From: Takakia lepidozioides
Lineage: Eukaryota > Plantae > Bryophyta
Assembly (NCBI GenBank): GCA_030704615.1
Contig: CM060734.1
Location: forward strand, 53,506,001-53,570,000
Direction of reading: 5' to 3'
Length of the DNA: 64,000 nt
A model generated the notes under the pieces. It ran no database searches. It had not been told where the DNA came from and saw nothing but the letters and a program-made list of their open reading frames with translations. This document shows, one piece after another, positions 43,001 to 53,200 of this stretch (positions are counted from its first letter, which is position 1; each line of letters starts with the position of its first letter). The position numbers were made by a program, and so were the translations under genes.

Positions 43001-43490
43001 AAGAAATGGATGAATTTGTGCAATGTTGATGATATCAGTGGATGAAGTATGAAAATGTTTAAAAACTCTCAATCTAGCTTCTCCATCATAAGAGCATTGG
43101 AGGCTCAAGCCCCTTATTCCAATTATGTTGAAAGATCTAGAAAATAATGAGTCCATAACACTACTTTTTATGGACTATAACAAAAGCTACGAACTTTTTC
43201 AATAAGTCCATCACTTCTAAAGTTAACAATTTTTTGTGGCAAGTCTTGGAAGGTAGATACTATACGTAGATAGGTACAGCATTATGAGTCCATTTTAAAT
43301 TTAGGATTATGGACCAATACCAACAAACTACGTACAAGAAAAATGACACGGTGACGTAAAAAAAATGACAGTGTAGGCTGCAATCACCCCCTAAAGACTT
43401 TTGCTATATTCATATCGTTATCACCGTGTTCGCTTTAGGAGATTTGCTTTCCGCTTAGCATAGATCGACGTTATTGGCATTGCCATTTGT
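39985..43490. repeat. Long inverted duplication: ~39985-40450 versus ~42753-43490
   Basis: Blocks such as GCTAAGCGGAAAGCAAATCTC, TTGTTGATCTATGCGGACATCAAAGTCCTCCACCG and CCGCTCGA.GGTTACAAT recur in reverse complement. Confidence 0.85.
40531..40992 (+). CDS. KP4: KP4 killer-toxin-like secreted cysteine-rich protein (intronless)
   Basis: Signal peptide, then LGINCRGS..C, Y.DGEQIVC, CAF, GCKKCGS and G.LTVN, the KP4 family signature. Confidence 0.9.
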   Translation: MALHSSVALSILILITVSIQGGVAALGINCRGSFFCSDFWDLQPVLPMLVSVSVYLDPNCFYNDGEQIVCGWFHGTNFCAFCQSSGGAPGSSIKTLIQQLADYGCKKCGSIPLFYPEDNNIANGMLTVNAVKHPCIYDPYFTDHYSVYVGICK

Positions 43491-43579
43491 AGATGTATAA
43501 ATGGGTACAATTTTATTTTCGGACGTTTTTGATAATTAGTCAGGCAGTTTCGGCATTGTACTGCCACAACATAACAAGT

Positions 43580-44744
43580 TGTTAGTTATTTGGGGAACCG
43601 TTGGTGAAGCACTTAGGAAGTAGATTAAAGTCTGAGACGAACTTCGAGGGAGACTCTGACGTCAAAACAACAGTAAGAAGCTGCAGAGACAACATAGGAG
43701 GCTCCCAATTCGGTACAACTAGCGGCAACTTGGAACTGTTTAAAACTGTACAAGGGCGACTGTACGGGTTGCGATCTGTCTTTCCTCCCCCTTCTCTTAT
43801 CCAGTAGGAACACATAGTGACAACACTTGACAAATTAGGAATTGTATAGCGAAGAAATATCGCAACATCAGCAGGATGCTGCATCGGAACAACGGCAGAA
43901 CGGACAACTCCGGAGCGAAGTAGGGTCAAGCCAACGGTGCAAATGTTAGTTGGAGGTGACTTCCAAGCTTTTATGATCAAGTGGCAGGGTCAAGAACTCC
44001 AAGGGGCATCACCATTAGAATATTTTTCAAGGAAACAACGAACTTCCTATACGACGGATCCACGAAGAACGACGTTTGGAAATGGTTTTTCAACTCCAAT
44101 TGACCTTAGGATTTACCGGCATTTACGGAGAACCTAATCATAATTTATTACCAATTTTTCGGATTTATGGTTAAGGTTAGCAGTGGCACCGAATTACAAG
44201 GCTTAAGGCTTTTGCGGCGCCCAATTTAAATGATTTCTATGTATTTCATTGGATGAAATGAATCAAATTCGCCCTAGGGGTTTGGGATGTTAACCGCCAC
44301 CTAGTGGTCAAAGAGAACGAGGAAGAATCATTTGACTGTTTTCTCGGATGAGTTCCATCCAAATATTTGGTTTATTACACTATAATAGTTTTTTTTAATT
44401 ATATCTCTCTCTAGTTTATCATAGTTTAAAACTATCCTAAGATAATTTAAGAGCCCCAAGAAAAGTATAAAAGAAGGGGGCTTCCTTGTTTCTTCACCCA
44501 GTTCATTTGTTTGCTTTGCTCTTGCTTTGTGTAGTCTAGTTTGCTAGAGGGAGCCTAGGTCCTAGAGAGTGGAGCTTGAAGCTCTCTAGTTTTAGGAAGG
44601 TGCTCTTTGTAGAGCTAAGGCAAGGTGTCTAGCTCATTGTAGGCCTTGAGGCCATTTGGTTTGGTAAAGGAGAAGTTTTGTGAGCATCAAAGAGTGAAGA
44701 TTCCGTGAAGATTGACTTGGAGACAAGTAAATTGTTAGAAGACA
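43580..44744 (+). repeat. Possible solo LTR of an unrelated family
   Basis: TG...CA bounded non-coding segment with TATAAAAG at ~44465; no TSD and no second copy. Confidence 0.3.
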
Positions 44745-46361
44745 ATGCAATCGACCCCTACTCTTTTTTCATCGTACAGTCCTGTTCGAAGTGTCCTAGT
44801 AGCTTACAAAAGATGCATCTGATTCCACAATTTTATGTCCGGTGACCAAAGTGATTGCATTTTGCGCATTTCACCGGAGTCTTCTGTGTTGGACAGATCG
44901 CAGCCACATGACCCTCCTGCTGGCAGAGGTTACACAATCGGTTTCCACGAACTGGAGTTTGACTACCAGAACTTTCAGCGTATGCACCCTTCTTTTCAAA
45001 AAACTTGGTTAGTGTAACATTGAGAGCATCTAGGCGTTTATCAACTGGGCCAGTCACTAAGACCTCTTCTACGTCTTCTCCTTCCAAAGGTTCGAATGGT
45101 GTTTCCCCAATTTTGAATAGCCTCCTTTCCACTTGTATGGCGGTTTCGACCTCCTCATCTACACTTTGAAATATGGTTCCTCGCATAAGCTTCATAATCT
45201 CATGCCTAAGACCCCCCATAAACCTTCGACGTTGCTCTAGCTCAGGGATCAGTCTGTCAAGTTAAATAAGCACAGTGTGAAAACAGCTAGAATAAAGCTA
45301 GTTATTTGCATTTAACACTTGGATTTAGGTCAAGTGTTAAATCAGGTGTCAAGTTTAGTTTGACACCTGGTCCGTCTTATCTTCACGAGAGCGGCAGTCG
45401 CGCAGCTCATCTCTCTCGAGTTGAGCCTGCGCGACCGAGCTCCTGCGTGCGTTCAGATCTGAGTGTACTCATGTGTAGGTTGTTGTGGGGTGGAGTCCCC
45501 ATAGCTTGGGGTGCCCCTGGCTCGACTACTATTTCAAAGAGTGATGATGGTTTTGGTTTTCAGGTTTTGTGTCAACAGTGTTTTCTAGTTTTCTTATCAC
45601 TCAAGAGAGATGACCTGTATCTAGTTTTCTAGTGCTAAGCTAGATGTGACGTTTTTTGTTTTTAAGCACTATTATAATATAGCTTGGTCACGAGCGCCGG
45701 TAGTTAGACTGGCTATGTGTGCCTAGTGGAGCATAACAGAAAGGCAGGAACCACTCGAAGTGTCGCTACAACAGTTCTAACTTCATGGGAATGTAGCGGG
45801 TCCAAGCTTTTTACAACAAGCAAGTGGGCTGGACCTGCTGTTTGGGTCTAAGAAGACTGGGTCGGCGGATAGGCCTCTATGGTTCCCAGGTGCAAAGGCC
45901 CCGTCTTGGGCTGGATGGATCTTTGGTCGGTGACGGTTACGCTATGGTGAAGTGGCGGATATGTGTAGGAACGTCACATGCAAACGAGTGCTTTGAGCGA
46001 TTTAATCAAAAGATGATGTCTGAGGACATGTGGCACAGGTGTTCTCATCAACTGTGCAGATTGAGCATCTAACAATTGTGTTTGGCAGGAGTTCTGATCT
46101 TAGGGGTGAGCATTTGAAGGCAGGTTTGGAAAGGTTATTGATCTGGAACTCATTGAGCCAGTGAGTTCCGCTTAAAGCCATTTTGCTGGAGGAGATTGCT
46201 GATTATTGATGTTCCTGGAGCTTCAGGTGCAGGCCCTGCAATCGCTAGCTAACAAGATTGATTTACAAGCAGAATCTGACGGGCAATCTGCCGAGAGCCT
46301 CATTTGCTTCTCGGAGGGGTTTCCGTAAAGGCCCGGAGAATTTAATCCATACAATGGCAAC

Positions 46362-46636
46362 CTAGGTGAGGTACCGAATCAACTCTGAAGCAGTGGCTAT
46401 GGCGCCACCAGTGATTGCCGTGCGAATCATCTTGTTGTGATTAAAAGTGATCACGCTTTGTCACCCTTTCGTTCTTCAACATTGAGAAGGCCTCTAGCAA
46501 TGTTCCATGAGCAGCTTCCACCCCTCCAATCTTGATGAAGCCGTCCAAAGTGTAGTTCAAAAAAAGGATGGCCCAAGTCCACCAGCACATCTATAGTGGG
46601 AGAGTCAACTCTCGCTGATAGCCTCGAGTGCGGCAT
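46362..46636 (-). pseudogene. OEP16: Captured OEP16 (chloroplast outer envelope pore) fragment, frameshifted and internally deleted
   Basis: MPHSRLSARVDSPTIDVLVDLGHPF/NYTLDGFIKIGGV...AITGGAIATASELIRYLT* matches the OEP16 N- and C-termini. Confidence 0.85.
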
Positions 46637-46732
46637 TTCGCTCTGCTTTCCTCACACTCAAGTTCTTTCCTGCATCGGCAACAAATCTCTGCTGTCGCTG
46701 ACGGATGGAGAGAGACACGGAGAGACAGAGAT

Positions 46733-46906
46733 CTCTTTGATGGCAAGAATATGCCCGTGTGACCTCTTCACCTTCTTCAACTTCCTGAGGAAGTACCAAA
46801 ACTTGGACTTTGCCCGCACTTCGTTGGTCGCCCACAACGTCATGCGGTACGCCTTCGGCTGCTCATCGGTTGGGGTAGGCAGTGCTCGCTCCACCACCTG
46901 GTGAAA
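46733..46906 (-). pseudogene. RPL18A: Captured 60S ribosomal protein L18a (eL20) fragment
   Basis: [58 protein letters not shown]. Confidence 0.93.
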
Positions 46907-46995
46907 CCAAAAACTCATGACTCCTGCGTGCTCTCTCTCTCGGATCAGCAGAAGCTAGAAGGAGCGCGAGACGGCCAATGCAGGCGCTGCCGAGT

Positions 46996-47330
46996 CTAAA
47001 AGGTAGGCTCATAACCATTGGTTGCAATGGCCAGGATGGCGAAACCAATGGCATGACCCAGAGCTCCCCAAGCAAGCACATCGACGAGGGTGAAACCAGC
47101 GGGGTCATTCGTCTTCAAAAAGCCAACGACCTCCTGTGCCCGGCTATCACCGGCCTCGAAGTGAGTAACGCCATTTGTACAGGGAGTCCTTGCCTTGCAA
47201 CAGTGTCTCTCTGGAAGGGGAGGAACACAAATCGTCCCAGAAACAGAAGAGCTCCGGTGCTCAAGGAGATCACAACCGCTGCTCACATGCGAAATTGACC
47301 TGCTCTTGAGATCGCCCAAAGAAGTGTAGC
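46996..47330 (-). pseudogene. PSAG: Captured photosystem I subunit G fragment (frameshifted)
   Basis: [35 protein letters not shown] / [59 protein letters not shown]. Confidence 0.92.
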
Positions 47331-48051
47331 GAAGGGATAGTTGGCAGTTTCAGGGCGCGCAGCACTGATGGCACTCAAAGTGTGCTCTTGCTAGCATTTG
47401 GAACGCTCTCTATGCCCACATCTACAACCAACTTCAGCTCCCAGTCCACCCACATTTCTGCACCCTCCTCGCCATTTTCGGCCATCTGAGGAGCCTTGTT
47501 GCGCCCAGTCCTAAAGGTAGTGTTGCCTCGTCCACCCTAACCTCCCGACAGCAGCAGCTCCTGCTTCCATGGAGTTCCAGCAGAACATCGCCATTCCTTC
47601 CGTCTTCCAAACGCCGTGGCCTCTGTGTTGACATTGGCTTCACTTGCTTTAACCTTGAAAAAAAAAAAAAAAAAAACTATTATGAAGGTTTGAAGAAGGA
47701 GTCCAAGGAATTCTTAGGGAACCTGCAGTGAATCCCAACAGACGTGGGAACAGTTTTTAATGGTGAGAACGTTTTGGTGTTAAAAAAATAAAAAGCCTTT
47801 TGATCTAATTTAAAGGATTCAGAGCCTGGTTGGTCATATCTTTGTCACATGAGCTCCGTTTGACTCAGTTCTTGAGGGGATAGCTGCAGAAAGGGGAAAT
47901 CTACCTATCTAGATCTGGTTTTTGTTTTTGGGACTCTGCTAAAAATCTATGGAATTTTTAGAGTGTGAGTGTGCTATGAAAGATCCACAATTCTGTCTCT
48001 AGAATCTGTGCTGGTCTATATGAGAGACAAATTGGTGGATGTACTCCTTGC

Positions 48052-48786
48052 ATGGCTGGGGGAAATGAGGACGTAATTGAAGGGCAGGTCTCTTCTCTTA
48101 GTCTGTGCACACAAGGGGACAGGATTTATGTTTCCCAAGGAACTCAGACTGATTTGAGTGGAGAACAGTTGGACGAGTTGATTGCATACTGGGAGTCAGG
48201 CATTAGCAGTAGACAACAGACTGCTATAGTTGGCATTGAGGGCCTCAATATCGCCTTGGACAGTCAGAACTCTGTTGGAGCCAGCAGTTCTGCAGCTGTA
48301 GGTGAAATACCAAAGTGGGTGAAAGCTAGGCTTGGAACACAGCCAAAGACAGCCCCGGGGACCAAGGTGTTTAGCCACAAGGCCGTGGTGTACTGGAGCA
48401 GAGGAGCAGGAGCTACACAGGTTTGTGCAATCAGACATGGTTGCAGCCGGATACGCTCTGCACAGGGCAACCACGAGCGGGGGTTCATCAGCAATGACAT
48501 GTTTGTTGTGCGTGAAGGAGATGCAGTCATTCGCAATGAGGACACCCGCAACCGTCTCAAAGCTTTCGAGTTGAGAGACTATCAGACCCTACCTTTGTTT
48601 TCTTTAGTGTTCAGTGAGCGGGAGATAGGGGAGTATTGCTTTGTCTCTATCTGGCAGAAAGAGGAGGAGGGTTGGTTAGAGCGAGCTACTGTAGCTTGGG
48701 ACAAGGTTAGTGGCAGGTTTCTGGACATAGATATACCTCCTACACCTTACCATCATGCAGAGCGAGGCACTTTGAGAGAAGTCTAG
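48052..48786 (+). CDS. Orphan 244-aa ORF inside the retroelement, upstream of gag
   Basis: Uninterrupted ORF from ATG to TAG with globular-like composition; no recognisable motif. Confidence 0.5.
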   Translation: MAGGNEDVIEGQVSSLSLCTQGDRIYVSQGTQTDLSGEQLDELIAYWESGISSRQQTAIVGIEGLNIALDSQNSVGASSSAAVGEIPKWVKARLGTQPKTAPGTKVFSHKAVVYWSRGAGATQVCAIRHGCSRIRSAQGNHERGFISNDMFVVREGDAVIRNEDTRNRLKAFELRDYQTLPLFSLVFSEREIGEYCFVSIWQKEEEGWLERATVAWDKVSGRFLDIDIPPTPYHHAERGTLREV

Positions 48787-51700
48787 GCAGTTGATAGCAT
48801 AGATCAGGATTAGATCTTGCTTGGTCGGGCTTCTATTCTTCCCCTCCATCTCTGTACTATTTTCATTACCTTGTACTTGTAGTTGCCAAAGCTTCTCTTG
48901 GTGGAGGCCAGTCAGTCCGGGGTTTTGGGCTGGGCTATTCTGCAGGATCAGCATTGCAGCTTGATTTTGATGTGGGGGTGTTGATGTTTTGATTTCTTAT
49001 GTTTGGATCCCCCCCAACACCTGCATGCTTGACTGTGCGCCATGTTGGTTTTGTGTGGGCGCTTGCTTTCATAGGGATTAGGCCGGATTTGATCACCGTC
49101 AATCCTAGAGTATGCTGTCGGTGGTGAGGCTGGAGTGATGACCAGCAAGACCACCAGTGTTTCTTCTATGGTGAGGCTGGGTTGATGACCAGCCAACCAT
49201 AGGAGTTCTTGCGGTGGATGCAGGTGCAGGTGCCCTGAGCCATTGGGATATGACCCTTAAACTGCAACAGGTGCCCACCCGTGTCACTATTAGATTAGTA
49301 CTAGAGCCTTATAGTGTCACGTGGAGGAGGTGCACATTGTGAGTGTCATTACGGAGTTACCCAAGGGTTTTGAGGGGAGTACGGCTACAGGCAGTAACAG
49401 TGAGAGTGGGTTCACAAGACGAGGTATTCGGTTCAAACCACCTTCACCGCCACCCTCAATTACTGTAGAGTCAGACACAGACTCGGAGGCTTCATCAACA
49501 GGTGTGCACTTTCATTCGCCATTGTTGTGGGACGACATGGAGGAGATGTATGGAGCTACCAAGGGGCCTCGTAGGTACTCTGGAGCTGTGGGCACAATCG
49601 AGTTGGATGACTTTATCCAGGAGTTCGACAGCTGGTGTGATTTGCAGCAGATGCGCAATCCACAGCTATTCACCCCATTCATGGCGTGGAAGGGACTGTT
49701 CCAACATTTGGAAGGCCCGCCTATGGACGATTACCACGAGTTCAGGCGAGGACATGAAGCAGAGATTGAGGAGTGGAGGATGTATTGGTCACCTGACTAC
49801 GTCTCCATTACTCGAGGCACGACGCGACCAGTAGCTGCATCAGTACCAATAGCTCCCACTGCCAGCACCAGTAGTGGAGCAAGTAGTGCTGGTACTTCTA
49901 TAGGTGTACCAGTTCAAAATGTGCTACTACTCCTCCTGCCACGACTACAACACATGTGCCTAGATTCAACCCGGTGGTGGACTTCTTCCAGGAGTTGCGG
50001 AGGAACTACCAAGGTGTACGGACAGAGAAGCTGCGAAGTTTGCAAGACTTCCAGCGCAAACCCAGTGAGAGCCTGCGAGAGGCGTACACTCGTATGAGGC
50101 GCTTGATAAGTGTGACCCAAGGGGTTACTGAAGCTCAGGCAATCCAGTTTTGGTATGGAATTCTGGACAAGGAGCTCAAGAGAAGGGTGCGAGATGCAAC
50201 CCTATTACAAGCAGCCCAACCCACATTAGCAGATGTGTTTCTGCTGGCTGAGCGGATTGAGCTCAACATGGTGGAGGAGCGAGTTGTTACAATTGGATTT
50301 GGCAAGGACATGCCTGCACAGGGCACAGCTATCAGCCCACAGGCACAAGGGACTGCCCAACAGCGTGGTCAGGGGGGCAAGGTTGCCCAGCCCAAGTTCC
50401 ATGGAGCTTACAGGGGACCTCAGGTGCAGAGGCCCGTGGCATCTTTTGCAGGCCAACAGCAACCAGGGGTGATATGTTGGACATGTGGAGGACCCCATGT
50501 CAAGAGAGATTGCCCAGAGAGTGGCAGAAGGCCGGCACAAGCACAGCCTGCACAGTTGCAGTGTGGGCATTGTGGCAAGTATGGGCATGGAGATGCCCAG
50601 TGTTATGACTTGCATCCTGAGTTGCGCCCAGGCCATTTCCAAGGGAACAATGGTGGCCGGGGGCGAGGTGGACCAGCCCAGAGAGGACGAGGTGGTCGGG
50701 CACGAGGTGCAGGCCAAGGGCAAGCTCAACATGGCCAAGGACGCGGAGGTCAGGGTGTTGATCAAGGCATGGCCAACCGGCTTCAGCAGCTAGAGCAGAG
50801 GCTCGCTGCCATGGCTATAGCTCAGGCGGTACCGGCTCCCAGGCGGGATGGTCCACCTCCTGCTCCTGAGGGAGGAGATATGGGAGACATGGGATTTATG
50901 TGCGGAGCAGCACTACCACTAGAGCAGGTGGAGTCTGCTGCAGCCGTGACTCGAGGAGCAGCACGAGTTCCTGAGCCACGAGGTGCAGAGGTGGAATTGG
51001 ATCCACAGCGTGGGGAGGCAAGCCGTCAGGCAAGGCTTCCTCAGTCATTCACATTGGCGGAGACTGTGTCGACGCCATCCATGGCACCTAGTTCTCGCCC
51101 GACTGTTACCCAAGCGGAGGTTACTATGCCATTGGGGAGAGCTACACGTGCAGCACTGACACCTGCTACCAAGGCTAGTGCAGCCGGTGTGTTGTTGGGG
51201 GCAGCAACCTCTGTGTGTCAAGCCCCACTGTTCTCGGCAACCATGATTGCGACGCCGGGGTAAGACCAGCTGCAGTGTTCAGACTAGCAGCAACACTCTG
51301 TGAGAGTGGGGAGGTCACTTCATCTTCTGCGGAGTTACTGGAAGGTGTAGTGGCAGAGGGATCCTCGGATTTGAGGGTCAAGACTGCCACGGTTGCGCCA
51401 TGGCAAGCTGCAGCTGCCAGGTTGACGGAGCTGCCAGCTAGGCCAGCCTTTGAGCGCGCCATGGTGACACCTGGAGTTGTCTTGTTAGACAACCAGGGAG
51501 GCATTTTCACTTTGAGTGGACCGGCAGGCAAGAAGTACCGGCCACTGCGGGTCTTGTTGGACTCGGGAGCTCAGCCACTGATGTTGGGCAGAGCTGCTAT
51601 TGCAGGTTTGGGCCTCATGGAGGCGGATATGGAGCCTTGTCCTTTCCAGATACAGACATCTCTGGGAGGATCAGAGCAGGCTCGGGGCATGACACGGCAT

Positions 51701-52257
51701 CAGTTGGCCATTAGACTGCAGCCGGATCATCCTAGAGATGGCTCAGTGATGCGAGCCAAGGCCATTGTGACAGACGCGATCTCTTACGATGTCCTCGTTG
51801 GTGGGGCAGTGTTATATCCCATGGGCTTCACCCTGGACTTTTGGGAGGAGTCAGCATCCTACAGGCCTGGATGGCAGTCAGGCGATGGTCGCCGTGCACA
51901 GCTCCCTGTGACATTCATTGGGGGTATAGCGGCTGCCCAGCGGGGCAAGATGCCAACACTAGCCGCCTTTACAGCTGCAGTTAGTTGGCCTGGAGAGTTG
52001 CTGGAAGGCAATGCCCATGCAGAGGATGTGCCACCTCCAGCAGAGCAGGATGACATGCATGGTACGGCGGAGTTGCCTGCCATGGTTGCTCACACTCCAT
52101 TGTGGGGTACGAGCAAGCTGCTGATGGACGGGTGCAACAAGCTTGGGTAGAAGCTTTTGTACCGTCAAGAGAGGAGGAGAGTGCGGTGAATGCACCAGGG
52201 CCACCTCAGTTGTCGCCATTGGACACCACACCTCTTGTGTGGCAGCGGCCGGATGAA

Positions 52258-53200
52258 GGCATATGCCTTCTGGACTTATTTGGCGGGATCAGCACTGGAT
52301 TGGCTGCAGTGCTGCAGGCAGGTGTACGAGTGCGACGTTACCTGTATGTGGAGAGGGATGAGACTGCACGACGCGTCTCACTGCGCCATGTTGCTCAGAT
52401 GCTGCAGCAGTACCCTGAGTTGTTGCCGGTGTCTGCATTTTGTGGATATCAGCAGGCCTTGCCAGCAGACATTGCGTTGCTGGGGGCGCAGGATTTGGAG
52501 CGGGTTGGCTCCATTGATCTGGTAGTGGCAGGTTGGCCCTGCCAAGGGCATTCATCAGCTGGGCATGGCAATGGATTGCTAGACTCAAGGACGGGTCTGT
52601 TTTGGGAGATGGTGCGGATTTTGCGCCACTTGCAGCTTCATCAAGCTGTATCTCCGGCATACATCTTGGAGAATGTGCCGCTGATGGGTGATTCTCGAAC
52701 CAGGGTGATGGCCAGTGTGCATCAAGTCCGGTCGTGGCTTGGGTCAGCAGTGTTGCTGGATGCAGCTGCAGTGGGGTCACGGGCTCATCGTCCACGACTA
52801 TGGTGGACTAACTTGATGCCACCCGCACTGCTCAAGCGTGCATTTGATGGGGTGCAGCGGCCAGCACACCTCACCGTGGATGGCATTTTGGACACAAGAA
52901 GACAGTCTCAACGTGTGAGACACGCTGACCGTTCGCCTTTGGCAGTGGTCAACAGGGTGGGTCAACCACGAGCAGCATTACCTACCCTGCTCAACTTCCC
53001 AGGATCCCATGCTTTTCAGGATGGTGGACCTGGCCTCCTGTGGGATGCTCAGTTGCAACAATTAGTGGAGCCTAATGCCGACGAGCGAGAGCGGGCTATG
53101 GGGTTTTCCACTGGGACCACGGCGGTGCCTTCTCTTTCTGATGCATCACGTCGTCAGGTGTTGGGGCAAGCAATGGATCTCAATTGCTTGACCTGGATTA
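52258..53200 (+). CDS. DNMT3-like C5 DNA methyltransferase domain (open frame) between protease and RT
   Basis: Motif I LDLFGGI, II VERD, IV GWPCQG, VI LENV, VIII AHRPRLWWTNL, IX ERERAMGF, X RRQVLGQAM. Confidence 0.93.

Noticed and set aside
39985-43490. Pack-MULE TIRs carrying KP4
   Set aside because: The arms include KP4 paralogue coding ends and no 9-11 bp TSD is seen; inverted duplication fits better.
49125-49203. Hammerhead ribozyme or C/D snoRNA suggested by TGATGA
   Set aside because: No CTGATGA...GAAA core and no properly placed box D.
52258-53200. Bacterial restriction-modification methylase or contamination
   Set aside because: The domain is embedded in pol in two copies, has DNMT3-like motif VIII-X, and lies on a contig with spliced plant genes.
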